Below, in pieces: positions 52,181 to 62,424 of a stretch of DNA of 64,000 bases (positions are counted from its first letter, which is position 1; every line of letters begins with the position of its first letter). The notes under the pieces were generated by a model. It saw nothing but the letters and a program-made list of their open reading frames with translations, was not told where the DNA came from and searched no databases. Location of the stretch: positions 100,263-164,262 of the forward strand of contig JANWWA010000003.1 in the NCBI GenBank assembly GCA_025056565.1. The letters run 5' to 3'. A program made the position numbers and the translations under genes. The DNA is from Chloroherpetonaceae bacterium. Lineage in GTDB: Bacteria > Bacteroidota > Chlorobiia > Chlorobiales > Thermochlorobacteraceae.

Positions 52181-53554
52181 TTACCGCATCAGTATCATTT
52201 TTCGTGTCTGCACGAAGTTACCAGCTTGCAAACGGTAAAAATAGAGCCCTGATGTCAGATTGCCTGCATTGAATTGTACTTGGTAACGACCTGCTTCCTG
52301 CTTTGCCTTGACGAGGGTCGCTACTGCACGACCCAGTATGTCATAGACTTGCAAGGTGACTTCACTGGCTACAGGAAGCTGGTAACTAATCACCGTAGCT
52401 GGGTTGAATGGATTCGGGTAGTTTTGTGATAGCTCAAATGTTTGCGGTAAGCCTGCTTCCACTTCAATTATAGGGCTATACTTGAATGTGCCGTCGAAGT
52501 CAACTTGCTTCAAGCGATATTGAACGAGACCTGATGCGGTTCTATCGATGAATGAATAGGATTGTGCTTCAGCAGTCGTGCCTTTGCCTTTCACGAATCC
52601 CAATACTTGCCAGCCTTCAGAGTCTATTCCATATCTCGCAGAGCGACGTTGCACCTCGAAACCAGCATTGTTACTTTCAGAAGCAGTAGTCCAAGCAATG
52701 CGTATGCCATTATCGATTGCTTGTGCGCTAAATGAGGTGAGCTCAACAGGAAGAGCAAGTGGACCTGTGTTAAACGGACCTAGTGTACCTACTGGCAATG
52801 AGGAAAGCAAGTTGAAGTTCGGATTGAAGCCAACATTGCCTGCACCGCCAGGAGCAGAGGTGCCAGGCACAAAGACATTTGAGAAAAAGGGATCATTGGC
52901 GCCAGAAATGATAGCGAAGATACGAACATTCCCTGCGGCAGTAGCGCCGAGTGCGGAGAGTGTGAAACGAATCTCAAAACCAGTGTGAGTCGTGCGAATG
53001 TCATTCCCCGTTTGGTTGTTTAGCGCAAAAGTAGCAGCGCCAGCAGGCAGAATGCTACCAGCTGTGTTGTTCGTGGGAGTACTGCTAGCATTACCAAGAA
53101 ACTGTGCTCCTACATTGCCCCCTGATGTTTTTGCAAGATAGACTGCACCGTCGCTTGTACGAACGGCAAGCATATAATCAACTTCAAAATCAGCACGATA
53201 GTTGTTGTTGGTCCAAGTGCTGTCTAAGTAAGTGCCTGTCGAGTGTGCACAACTGAGTCGTGCACCCGCAGCTCGACCAGGGACTTGGTCGAACCCCAGC
53301 CAAATTGCAAGTTGATTCCCGTTTGCCTCGACCTTTGAGGGAACACCGATGTAGAAATCAACGCCGTTTGTCCAAGTGCGAATTGCTCCAATATCAGATT
53401 GAGGACCAAACCCATTGTTGGCAATAGGATTGACATTAGGGATAGAAACTTGATACTCAGCAGGGCTTGCTGTACCATTGATAACAGGTTGGGCGAAAAG
53501 TGGAAGCGTCCTAACAGAGAGCAAGCAGAGCAGAGGTAGTAGTATGTGCTTCAT
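52181..53554 (-). CDS. Secreted protein of unknown function with T9SS C-terminal sorting domain
   Basis: Signal peptide from MKHILLPLLCLLSVRTLPLFAQP, and a C-terminal NYPNPFNPATVISYQLP...GLYFYRLQAG...RKMILMR domain. The N-terminal roughly 270 aa are not recognised. Confidence 0.75.
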   Translation of the reverse strand: MKHILLPLLCLLSVRTLPLFAQPVINGTASPAEYQVSIPNVNPIANNGFGPQSDIGAIRTWTNGVDFYIGVPSKVEANGNQLAIWLGFDQVPGRAAGARLSCAHSTGTYLDSTWTNNNYRADFEVDYMLAVRTSDGAVYLAKTSGGNVGAQFLGNASSTPTNNTAGSILPAGAATFALNNQTGNDIRTTHTGFEIRFTLSALGATAAGNVRIFAIISGANDPFFSNVFVPGTSAPGGAGNVGFNPNFNLLSSLPVGTLGPFNTGPLALPVELTSFSAQAIDNGIRIAWTTASESNNAGFEVQRRSARYGIDSEGWQVLGFVKGKGTTAEAQSYSFIDRTASGLVQYRLKQVDFDGTFKYSPIIEVEAGLPQTFELSQNYPNPFNPATVISYQLPVASEVTLQVYDILGRAVATLVKAKQEAGRYQVQFNAGNLTSGLYFYRLQAGNFVQTRKMILMR

Positions 53555-53740
53555 GGCTGCTGCAGTTTGAGTTAAGTGACACTTACAAAAGATACACAAA
53601 TAAGGTATTTACTACAAGAGGGCAAAGGCGAAGAAATCGGTTGCTAAGCTCTGTTTGTGAGCAAACGTACTTAGATGTGTGGCATACAAAATACTATACC
53701 ACTTATCTAAACTGATGTTTCCGAATGCAGGTTCAAAGGC

Positions 53741-55096
53741 TTACTTTGCCGAGAGCATTTTTAGTATCTGTGTTTTTTCAATAAAGCTGGTGTCGAAGTG
53801 TCCGCTGCGGAAAATTTCGGACTGGAAGATTTTTTTGTGGAGCGGAATTGTGGTTTTGATGCCCTCGACAATGAACTCATCCAAGGCTCGCAGCATGCGC
53901 TCAATCGCTTCTTCACGCGTGTGACCGTAGACGATAAGCTTGGCAATCATTGAGTCGTAGTAAGGTGGAATGCGGTAGCCAGCATATGCGTGCGTCTCAA
54001 CGCGGACACCGTGCCCACACGGCACGTGGAAGACTTTTAGTTCGCCAGCAGAGGGACGAAAGTCATTTTCAGGGTCTTCGGCATTGATACGGCATTCAAT
54101 TGCGTGACCTCTGGGGACAAACTTCTTGGTAGGGAGTTTTTTTCCAGCAGCAATTAAAATCTGCTGCTTAATCAAGTCTATATCATAAATCTCTTCGGTT
54201 ACGGGGTGCTCAACCTGAATGCGTGTGTTCATTTCCATAAAGTAGAAGTTTCGGTGCTTGTCGACCAGAAATTCTACTGTGCCAGCACCCTCGTAGTTAA
54301 TTGCTTTTGCAGCCTTAACACCCGCCTCACCCATCTTGATGCGCATCTCTTCACTGATGATGGGAGAAGGAGACTCTTCAATTAGCTTTTGATGGCGGCG
54401 TTGAACAGTGCAGTCTCGCTCGCCCAAATGAATGATGTTGCCGTGCTGGTCGCCTAAGACTTGGATTTCAATGTGTCGTGGCTCCTCGAGAAATTTTTCA
54501 ATATAGACGCCGGGGTTTCCAAAAGCTTTCTCCGCCTCGCTGCGAGCCGTATTGAATGCCTTTTCTAAATCTTCTTCGCGAGAAACGACGCGCATGCCTT
54601 TGCCACCGCCGCCAGCTGTTGCCTTGATAATGATAGGATAGCCTACTGCTGCCGCGACTGCTTTGGCATCCTCTATCCGTTCTACTAGTCCTTCGCTGCC
54701 CGGAATCGTTGGGACATTTGCAGCTCTCATTGTCTCTTTGGCAGTGTTCTTATCACCCATTTTGCGAATCATCTCAGGCGAAGGACCGATAAACTTGATG
54801 CCAGAGAGGGCACAAATCTCAGAAAATTCGGCACGCTCAGAAAGAAAGCCGTAGCCTGGATGAATCGCATCGGCATTGGTGACCTCAGCAGCTGCAATGA
54901 TGCGTGGAATATTGAGATAACTTTCTTTGCTCGGCGGCGGACCGACGCAAACGGCTTCATCTGCATATTTTACATGAAGCGAATCAGCATCAGCCGTGGA
55001 GTAAATTGCAACGGTCTGGATGCCCATCTCACGGCAAGTGCGAATAATGCGCATTGCAATTTCGCCGCGATTAGCAATGAGAATCTTCCTAAACAA
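53741..55096 (-). CDS. accC: Acetyl-CoA carboxylase, biotin carboxylase subunit
   Basis: Shows [38 protein letters not shown], and a length of 451 aa. Confidence 0.95.
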   Translation of the reverse strand: MFRKILIANRGEIAMRIIRTCREMGIQTVAIYSTADADSLHVKYADEAVCVGPPPSKESYLNIPRIIAAAEVTNADAIHPGYGFLSERAEFSEICALSGIKFIGPSPEMIRKMGDKNTAKETMRAANVPTIPGSEGLVERIEDAKAVAAAVGYPIIIKATAGGGGKGMRVVSREEDLEKAFNTARSEAEKAFGNPGVYIEKFLEEPRHIEIQVLGDQHGNIIHLGERDCTVQRRHQKLIEESPSPIISEEMRIKMGEAGVKAAKAINYEGAGTVEFLVDKHRNFYFMEMNTRIQVEHPVTEEIYDIDLIKQQILIAAGKKLPTKKFVPRGHAIECRINAEDPENDFRPSAGELKVFHVPCGHGVRVETHAYAGYRIPPYYDSMIAKLIVYGHTREEAIERMLRALDEFIVEGIKTTIPLHKKIFQSEIFRSGHFDTSFIEKTQILKMLSAK

Positions 55097-55184
55097 GGCG
55101 CATCTTCCAGTTTAAGTTACAAGAGAGAGCTCACTTCCAAGAAAATACTGCAAATGCCTAAGTTAGGTAAGCTGTACAGCGTGG

Positions 55185-55700
55185 CTACTCCAGAAGAAAA
55201 AGCACTTGGTCATACTCTACGGGCTGCCCATTTTCAACCATGATTTTAACAATCTTCCCATCCACATCGCTTTCAATTTCATTCATCAGTTTCATTGCTT
55301 CAATGATGCAGAGGACTTTGCCTTTTGTGACTTGGTCGCCTACCTGCACATATGGATTGGCTTCTGGCGAGGGAGCACGATAGAATGTGCCTACCATTGG
55401 CGAGCGAATCTCCTTGTATTTCTTCGCTGGCGGCGCTGGCTCAGCCGTTTGAGAAGAGGTCGCAGGTGCAGCATTAGAGGTCGGAGGGGTTGGCAAAGTC
55501 GGTGGGGTGGCTGTAACCATTGGTGGTGCATACTGTGGCATAAAAAGAGACGGCATAGGCGTATGCACAGATGGGGCGGGTTGTTCACTTCTACGCTTCA
55601 GGGTAATCTTGAAATCGCCTTCCTCTATGGTCATCTCGTCCAAGCCTGACTCATCAAGCATCTTTAAGAGCTTTTGAATGTCATCGAGATTCATATACAA
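55185..55700 (-). CDS. accB: Acetyl-CoA carboxylase, biotin carboxyl carrier protein
   Basis: Pro/Ala-rich linker and biotinyl-lysine motif [13 protein letters not shown]. Confidence 0.9.
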   Translation of the reverse strand: MYMNLDDIQKLLKMLDESGLDEMTIEEGDFKITLKRRSEQPAPSVHTPMPSLFMPQYAPPMVTATPPTLPTPPTSNAAPATSSQTAEPAPPAKKYKEIRSPMVGTFYRAPSPEANPYVQVGDQVTKGKVLCIIEAMKLMNEIESDVDGKIVKIMVENGQPVEYDQVLFLLE

Positions 55701-55755
55701 GCCCTCGGTTTTTTTAGGTTAAGATGAAAGAGCAGGCCACGAGAAATGAGGCATG

Positions 55756-56331
55756 CTATGCACTAGCCTTCTTGACTCTATCGACATACTCTCCTGTGCG
55801 GGTGTCCACGCGCACAACATCGCCGGTCAGCACAAACATTGGCACTTGAATGACCGCACCAGTTTCAAGCGTTGCAGGCTTTGTGCCGGCGGTGGCACGG
55901 TCATCTTTCGTAACAGAACTGGTGTCTGTAACCGTTAGCTCGACAAATGTAGGGGCTTCTGCTTGAACAAGCTCACCTGAGGTGGAGAAAACAACCTCAA
56001 CGGGCATACCCTCCTTCAAAAACTTTGCAGACTCTCGGAAAGCTGAGACAGGGATATTGATTTGCTCGAAGGTCTCATTATCCATCAGCACGAAATCATC
56101 GCCGTCACGGTAGAGATACTGGAAATGCTTGCGCTCAGTTTGAACAATTTCGACTTCTTCGCCAGAGCGGAAGCGATTTTCTACAATTCGGCCGTTGCGG
56201 AGGTTGCGCATCTTCGCTTGAAAGAACGCATGAAGATTGCCCGGCGTGCGATGCTGAACTTCCTCGAGAATGTGCAATTCACCATTGAAGCGAAGAATAA
56301 CGCCTTTTGCAAGGTCCCTTGTGGTCGCCAT
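55756..56331 (-). CDS. efp: Translation elongation factor P
   Basis: Three-domain EF-P with DRATAGTKPATLETGAVIQVPMF and VRVDTRTGEYVDR. It lies upstream of accBC, as in many bacteria. Confidence 0.95.
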   Translation of the reverse strand: MATTRDLAKGVILRFNGELHILEEVQHRTPGNLHAFFQAKMRNLRNGRIVENRFRSGEEVEIVQTERKHFQYLYRDGDDFVLMDNETFEQINIPVSAFRESAKFLKEGMPVEVVFSTSGELVQAEAPTFVELTVTDTSSVTKDDRATAGTKPATLETGAVIQVPMFVLTGDVVRVDTRTGEYVDRVKKASA

Positions 56332-56567
56332 ATCCCTTTGAAAGTTGTTGATTTGGTTGCTGACGCTTTGGTTAGAGAAGGCGAATATAATACTGCTGGG
56401 AAGGATTTCAAAACAGGCACAAAACGACTGAAAGCCTGCAGCGACTTGATTTTATTAGGGGTTTCGGGTGTATAAGGCTTGACAAGCTCTCTTCTTTTCG
56501 TAAATTTGCCTCAGTTTAGCAGGGGCTAAACAACACTTCAAACCAATCATTCGAAAGGAGAAGCGAT

Positions 56568-56843
56568 ATGTCAAAAGCCGACATCGTAGAGAAGATTGCC
56601 AAAGATGCGGGCATCTCTAAAGCAGCGTCAGAAAAGGCGGTCAATGCGTTCATTGAAGCGGTAACAAACTCGCTAAAGAAAGGGCAGCCTGTAACGCTCA
56701 TCGGGTTTGGCACATTCTCGGTCGCCAAGCGCGCAGCACGCATTGCACGCAATCCTAAGACGGGTGAGCAAATTAAAGTGAAAGCAAAGAAGATAGCCCG
56801 GTTTCGCCCAGGCACAGCATTGAAGAACGCGGTCAACAAGTAA
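56568..56843 (+). CDS. HU-family DNA-binding protein
   Basis: AGGAG RBS. Shows MSKADIVEKIA...GFGTFSVAKRAARIARNPKTGEQIKVKAKKIARFRPG. Confidence 0.95.
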   Translation: MSKADIVEKIAKDAGISKAASEKAVNAFIEAVTNSLKKGQPVTLIGFGTFSVAKRAARIARNPKTGEQIKVKAKKIARFRPGTALKNAVNK

Positions 56844-56867
56844 AGTGCTGTTAGAAAGCCGTAGCAG

Positions 56868-56900
56868 AAAAGCTCATCGCCGAAGCGATGAGCTTTTTTA
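56868..56900 (+). terminator. Rho-independent terminator after the HU gene
   Basis: A 13-bp stem AAAAGCTCATCGC / GCGATGAGCTTTT with loop CGAA, followed by a T-run. Confidence 0.8.
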
Positions 56901-57007
56901 TTAAAAAAGTAAGAAAAGCGTGTTCGCATCTTAGAAATTCTCGCAATTGAGGCGCTTTTGTATCTTTGCGTTCTGTTTGACTGGTTACCAACAATTCGCC
57001 AAACCAT

Positions 57008-57715
57008 ATGGGACGCATTTTTGAGAAGCGCAAGTATAGAATGTTTGCGCGCTGGGCAAGAATGTCCAAAGCCTTTACCAAAATTGGGCGTGAAATCTCA
57101 ATTGCGGTTAAAATGGGTGGTCCTGACCCTGATAATAACCCACGATTGCGGCGCGCAATCCAGAATGCGCGTAGTGTCAATATGCCCAAAGACCGTGTGG
57201 AGGCAGCCATCAAACGCGCCGTCTCACGAGAAGAGGCAGACTACCAAGAAGTGGTCTATGAAGGCTATGCGCCACACGGTGTGGCGCTGATTGTAGAAGC
57301 GGCAACAGATAATCCAACTCGCACGGTGGCAAACGTGCGAATGTATTTTAACCGTAGCGGTGGCTCACTTGCAGCAAATGGCGCAGTGAGCTTTATGTTC
57401 GAGCGGAAAGGTGTCTTTAAACTCCAAAAGCCAGACGTCAATCTTGAAGAACTTGAGCTAGAGCTGATTGACTACGGTGCAGAAGATTTCGCCCTTGAAG
57501 ACGATGACCTCCTAATCTATACCAGCTTCAATGACTTTGCCACGATGCAAAAAAAACTGGAAGAAAAAGGCCTGACGGTGCAAATGTCTGCCTTGCAGTA
57601 TGTCCCAACCACGACGGTAGAAGTAACCGAAGAGCAAGAAAAAGATGTAATGGAACTAATTGAAAAACTGGAAGATGATGATGATGTGCAAGCAGTCTAT
57701 CACAATATGCGTTAA
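57008..57715 (+). CDS. YebC/PmpR-family transcriptional regulator
   Basis: Shows RLRRAIQNARSVNMPKD, YEGYAPHGVALIVEAATDNPTRT, and DDDVQAVYHN. Confidence 0.95.
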   Translation: MGRIFEKRKYRMFARWARMSKAFTKIGREISIAVKMGGPDPDNNPRLRRAIQNARSVNMPKDRVEAAIKRAVSREEADYQEVVYEGYAPHGVALIVEAATDNPTRTVANVRMYFNRSGGSLAANGAVSFMFERKGVFKLQKPDVNLEELELELIDYGAEDFALEDDDLLIYTSFNDFATMQKKLEEKGLTVQMSALQYVPTTTVEVTEEQEKDVMELIEKLEDDDDVQAVYHNMR

Positions 57716-57787
57716 AAGAACAAAAGAACGCATCACCTTTTCTTAGAGTGTTAAAAATTCCCAACTCGAACTTAAACCGAAAACGCT

Positions 57788-58627
57788 ATGCAGGTTGGAG
57801 CATATCAAATTTTTGCTGTGGAGTGTGAGCGCTTTGCGTTAGATGGAGGCGCTATGTTTGGCACTGTGCCCAAAGCACTGTGGGAAAAGCAAATTCCTGC
57901 AGATGAAAAAAATCGCATCGATATGTCGGCGCGCGCGATGCTTATTGTAGGGAATGGGCGCAAAATTTTGGTCGACACGGGAATGGGACAGAAGTGGGAG
58001 CCAAAATATCGTGAGATGTATAAAATCTCTGAATCGTTTTTGGAAGCAAACTTGCGCCGTGCAGGCGTAACACCTGAGGAGATTACAGATGTGATTCTGA
58101 CACACCTACACTTTGACCACGCAGGCGGCGCAACCAAACTGGTTGATGGCAAACTGGTGCCTACCTTCCCGAATGCGACCTACTATGTGCAAGAGGAGAA
58201 CTACAAGTGGGCGATGAATCCGAATGCTCGCGAGAGAGCCAGCTACCTCAAAGAAAACTTTGTGCCACTTTTAGAGCACAACAAGCTCCAGTTTACCAAC
58301 GGTGAAATGGAACTTTTCCCTGGCGTGCATCTTATTCTTTCGAATGCGCATACGCGCGCACAGCAGTTAGTAAGAGTAACTGATGGAAAGACGTCCGTGT
58401 GCTACTGCGGCGATGTTATCCCCACAGCGGCTCATATTCCGCTCCCATGGGTAATGGGCTACGACCTGTATCCACTTGAAATTATGGAAGAAAAGCGGCG
58501 ACTCTTGGAACAAGCAGCAGACGAACACTGGACGCTTTTCTTTGAACATGACCCCTTCAAAGATGCCGCCGATGTGGTGCGTAGCGAAAAAGGGATTGTA
58601 AAAAACACAACCTTTTTCATCAATTGA
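57788..58627 (+). CDS. MBL-fold metallo-hydrolase
   Basis: Metal-binding motif THLHFDHAGG plus downstream His and Asp residues. Confidence 0.8.
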   Translation: MQVGAYQIFAVECERFALDGGAMFGTVPKALWEKQIPADEKNRIDMSARAMLIVGNGRKILVDTGMGQKWEPKYREMYKISESFLEANLRRAGVTPEEITDVILTHLHFDHAGGATKLVDGKLVPTFPNATYYVQEENYKWAMNPNARERASYLKENFVPLLEHNKLQFTNGEMELFPGVHLILSNAHTRAQQLVRVTDGKTSVCYCGDVIPTAAHIPLPWVMGYDLYPLEIMEEKRRLLEQAADEHWTLFFEHDPFKDAADVVRSEKGIVKNTTFFIN

Positions 58628-59966
58628 TAATAAGCTGATTGAGTGAAGTGGATTCTTCCTCTTTGGCGATAGGTAGCTCTACGATGAATGTAGCGCCTTT
58701 GCCAGCAGAACTTTCGCACCAGATTCGACCACGCATTGCATCGACAAGTGTTTTGCAAATCCAAAGTCCGTAGCCTGTAGAACTCTCGCCACCTGTCGGC
58801 TTTGCAGAAAGTTGCGCTTGCTTTTGAAACAGTAGATTCATCTCCTCTGGCTTGATGCCCAGCCCTTGGTCAGTTACGCTAATGCGCACGCGGCTGCGAT
58901 GTCGGTAGAGGCGTATCCAAACTTTCCTATCAAATGGCGAAAACTTGATTGCGTTGGAGACCAAGTTCTCTAACACCTGCAGCATAGCAATGCGGTCAGC
59001 GCGAGCTTTTGGCACTTCCTTGCTAGCCTCAACAATGAGTTCAATTTGCTTAGCGCTGGCTTGCATCTGGAGCGATTGCACAATGGTTTCAATAAGATTA
59101 GCTAATCCGACAGGTTCAAGATTCAGCTGTGGCTTACTATGAAAGGGACTATGACCCAGCAGAAGACTCTCGGAAATACTTTTCATTCGCCCCACACAAT
59201 CGCGAATGCTAATAAGTCGCTTCTCAATCTCTTCTTTGGAGAGTTTCTCATACTTTTTTGCAAGGATATCCACAGCAAGCAAAATACCTGACATTGGGTT
59301 TTTAAGGTCGTGCGCTAAAATTTCCATTAGCTCAATTTTTTCTTGATTGGTATACATAAGGTCGCGCGCCGCGTCTTGATGAAGGTGGACATATGCAAGC
59401 GAAAGTGCAATATCTTCTATTAGCTCTTGGTCGAGGCTACCCCATTCTCGTTCTGTGTCGCAGTCATCAACGCCGAGAAAGCCCAAGAAGCGGTTTTCAG
59501 CTAAAAGTGGAGCAAGTAAAAGCGAGCGCACATTGTGAGTAGCCATAAAAAATCGCTCCTCGCCTTTAGCTTTGCTCTGGGTTTCTGCGACCAAGCCCCC
59601 GTGCGAAAGTATCGTTGTCCAGCGCGGTAGGTGCGTGTGTGGTAAGGCGGTCATCGTAGCCAGCTCAATCCGCTTGGACAAATGTGCCAGATGCGATTCT
59701 GCTACCAGCGAGTAGACAGGCTGACCATCCAAAAGCAAAGAGTTTCTAAAAAGATAGGCACGGCTAGCACCCATAGCTTGGCGTATATCGAAGAGAATCG
59801 TATCGTAAAGACTGGAAACATCTTTGCTTTTGAGAAGTGCGCGCTGAATCTTGACAATCGTCTCAAGACAGGCGTTTTCTTTGATGAGGCGAGTATCATC
59901 CATTTCCAATTGCATTTGTAGCCTTCTTACGTTTGTGATGCATACCAGAATGCAGATACTGCGCAC
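58620..59966 (-). CDS. GAF-domain sensor histidine kinase (cytoplasmic, orphan)
   Basis: GAF-like N-terminal half, H-box ILAHDLKNPMS, N-box NLVSNAIKFSP, and G-boxes DQGLGI and GYGLWICKTLV. The exact start is uncertain, with several Met residues in the first 22 aa. Confidence 0.8.
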   Translation of the reverse strand: MRSICILVCITNVRRLQMQLEMDDTRLIKENACLETIVKIQRALLKSKDVSSLYDTILFDIRQAMGASRAYLFRNSLLLDGQPVYSLVAESHLAHLSKRIELATMTALPHTHLPRWTTILSHGGLVAETQSKAKGEERFFMATHNVRSLLLAPLLAENRFLGFLGVDDCDTEREWGSLDQELIEDIALSLAYVHLHQDAARDLMYTNQEKIELMEILAHDLKNPMSGILLAVDILAKKYEKLSKEEIEKRLISIRDCVGRMKSISESLLLGHSPFHSKPQLNLEPVGLANLIETIVQSLQMQASAKQIELIVEASKEVPKARADRIAMLQVLENLVSNAIKFSPFDRKVWIRLYRHRSRVRISVTDQGLGIKPEEMNLLFQKQAQLSAKPTGGESSTGYGLWICKTLVDAMRGRIWCESSAGKGATFIVELPIAKEEESTSLNQLIIN

Positions 59967-60176
59967 ATCGTATTCCTTTCAATGCTTCTCATCCAAGAGA
60001 AGCGTACTGAACGAAAGGGACTCAATTTAGCAAGCCCACCTAAGGAAAAACTAAGATGTGTGATGCCATACGGCGCTGTGAAAGGTGTAGGTGGGGGGAG
60101 TGTAGCTAGGTCATCGTGAATGCAGCCATTCTAACTAGGCGGCTAAGGTAGCAGCAAGTGGCGAAGCGTGTGTGAC

Positions 60177-61640
60177 TTAGTTAAGAATCCTCTCCATCAA
60201 GTAGGTCTTAACTTGCTCAATGTGAATGCGTTCTTGGTGTGTAGTGTCACGGTCGCGCACAGTAACAGTATCGTCTTTCAGGGTGTCGTGGTCAATAGTG
60301 AAGCAGTAAGGTGTGCCGATTTCGTCTTGACGGCGATAGCGGCGACCGATTGAACCTGCGTCGTCATATTGGACTTTGAAGTGCTTTTGCAAATCGCGAA
60401 AGAGCTTTTCGGCGCGCTCAGGCAAGCCATCTTTTTTCAGAAGAGGGAAAACGCCAGCTTTCACGGGAGCAAGTTTGGGGTGCAACGAAAGCACCGTGCG
60501 CTCTTCATCTTCGACAATGTCTTCTTGATAAGCATCACAGAGCACGGCGAGAAACACGCGGTCGCAGCCAGCAGAAGTCTCTACGACAAATGGGATATAT
60601 CGCTCCTTGCCATCAGGCTCAACATACTCCATGCTTTTGCCTGAATACTCTTGATGCCGACGCAGGTCAAAATCCGTGCGAGAGTGAATGCCCTCGATTT
60701 CCTCTGTGCCAAATGGGAACTTATACTTAATGTCGTAAGCCGCATCGGCATAGTGAGCTAATTTGTCGTGCTTATACCAAACCAAGTTTTCTTTCCGAAT
60801 ACCCAAGCGTTCCACATACCAATTCATGCGCTTCTCTTGCCATGCCTCGAAGGCTTCTTGCTGACTGCCGGGCTTGACGAAATACTGCATTTCCATTTGT
60901 TCGAATTCAATCATTCGGAAGATGAAATTGCCCTTGACGATTTCATTGCGGAAGGCTTTGCCGATTTGTGCAATGCCGAAGGGCACTTTGAGGCGCGAGG
61001 ACTCACGAACTTGATGAAAATTGACAAAGATACCTTGTGCAGTTTCTGGCCTGAGGTAAATGATGGATGTGTCGTCCGCCACAGCGCCTAACTCCGTTTT
61101 GAACATTAGGTTAAACTGCCGCACTTCTGTCCAATCAAATGCACCTGAATCGGGCGACCGAATTTGCTCCTTGATAATCAGGTCGTAGAGCGCTTTGGTC
61201 ATATCTGGGGCGTTTTGTGCTGCGACAAATTCAGCTTGCACGCGCGCTGCTTCATCAGTTTTGCCCTTCTTTTCAAGAGACTTAATGTAGCCCTCAATGA
61301 GGTGGTCTGCACGGTAGCGTTTTTTGCTGACTTTGTCATCAATAAGTGGGTCGCTAAAGCTGGCTACATGACCAGAGGCTTCCCAAGTGCGCGGGTGCAT
61401 CATAATAGCGGCATCAATGCCGACCACATTGTCATGCTCTTTGGTCATTGCGTCCCACCATGCATCTTTGATGTGGCGCTTGAGTTCCACGCCTAACGGA
61501 CCGTAGTCATAGCAAGCGCCAAGTCCGCCATAAATCTCTGAGGATTGAAACACAAAGCCGCGTCTTTTGCAAAGCGAGACGATTTTTTCCATTACGCGCT
61601 CAGGGGTCTCCTGCTTCTTTCTAACAGTTGAGTCCGCCAT
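60177..61640 (-). CDS. glyQS: Glycine--tRNA ligase (dimeric class II GlyQS type)
   Basis: Shows FVFQSSEIYGGL, YLRPETAQGIFVNF, FGIAQIGKAFRNEI, ETSAGCDR, and an anticodon-binding C-terminus. Confidence 0.95.
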   Translation of the reverse strand: MADSTVRKKQETPERVMEKIVSLCKRRGFVFQSSEIYGGLGACYDYGPLGVELKRHIKDAWWDAMTKEHDNVVGIDAAIMMHPRTWEASGHVASFSDPLIDDKVSKKRYRADHLIEGYIKSLEKKGKTDEAARVQAEFVAAQNAPDMTKALYDLIIKEQIRSPDSGAFDWTEVRQFNLMFKTELGAVADDTSIIYLRPETAQGIFVNFHQVRESSRLKVPFGIAQIGKAFRNEIVKGNFIFRMIEFEQMEMQYFVKPGSQQEAFEAWQEKRMNWYVERLGIRKENLVWYKHDKLAHYADAAYDIKYKFPFGTEEIEGIHSRTDFDLRRHQEYSGKSMEYVEPDGKERYIPFVVETSAGCDRVFLAVLCDAYQEDIVEDEERTVLSLHPKLAPVKAGVFPLLKKDGLPERAEKLFRDLQKHFKVQYDDAGSIGRRYRRQDEIGTPYCFTIDHDTLKDDTVTVRDRDTTHQERIHIEQVKTYLMERILN

Positions 61641-61770
61641 GTGTCAGTTTTAGAAAATTTGTGCGAAAAATCGTTTGAGGCACTTGCGAAAACAACCAAA
61701 ATCTGCGATGCGAAAATGTGCAACGCATCTATGTGCTAGCCTTTGTCAGAACTGAAGCCATGAGCAAGGC

Positions 61771-62409
61771 CTAGCTAATCAGTTGCAAGTATTCCCAGCC
61801 CTCACCAGCAAGGTCTTCATATGAAATGCCATCTTTTTCGTTGCTAGGCATAATATAGACTGCATCGCCGTAACTATACTCAAAGTCAATGTAGTTAATC
61901 GCTGAAATCAATTTTGCGAAAGTTTCACGGTCAGCAAAGGCATCTTCTGGAATCTCACGAATCATATCGGTAAGGTCGTTCAGCATTGGCGACGCTTCAA
62001 GAAGAAAGATGAGCGAGATAACTACATAGTATTTTGAGCTGCTCAGGCGCATCACTTCATCAACGCTCTCGCCGACCTCCTCTTCTTCGGTGGCGATATT
62101 GGCTTCAATGTCATTAATCCAGTGATGAAACTCGCGCTCAGCCGCTTCAGCCTCAATGATAAAATCCCAGTAGCCATACTCAAAGTAAGGAATGGCTTCT
62201 TGAAGTTTGCCCGTCAGGCGCTTGTAGAAGCGGCGCTTTTGTTCAGGCGTTTCATCATCAACGCTTTCTTCAATCAGGCGATGCAATGCACTGCGCAGTG
62301 TTTCTTTGCCGTAGTAGTTAAATGCAACTTGCACGGCAAAAAATGCCATTTCGTCAGGATACTTTTTGCCAAACAGTTTAGAGAGAAAACCGCGTCGTGT
62401 CATACTCAT
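61771..62409 (-). CDS. DUF1517-like domain protein lacking the usual Gly-rich/TM N-terminus
   Basis: By eye the order of blocks parallels DUF1517/FLAP1-type proteins. These blocks are FAVQVAF, LRSALHRLIEESVDDETPEQ, IPYFEYGYW, EAEAAEREF, YYVVISLIFLLEA, and a C-terminal acidic/aromatic ISYEDLAGEGWEYLQLI. The assignment is from memory of the family, not from a search. Confidence 0.45.
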   Translation of the reverse strand: MSMTRRGFLSKLFGKKYPDEMAFFAVQVAFNYYGKETLRSALHRLIEESVDDETPEQKRRFYKRLTGKLQEAIPYFEYGYWDFIIEAEAAEREFHHWINDIEANIATEEEEVGESVDEVMRLSSSKYYVVISLIFLLEASPMLNDLTDMIREIPEDAFADRETFAKLISAINYIDFEYSYGDAVYIMPSNEKDGISYEDLAGEGWEYLQLIS

Positions 62410-62424
62410 GAGAATTCGCTTGGG

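Noticed and set aside
59983-60002. Hairpin GCTTCTC-ATCCAA-GAGAAGC downstream of glyQS, considered as a terminator
   Set aside because: It lies about 175 nt past the stop codon and has no flanking T-tract on either strand, which is insufficient for a terminator call.
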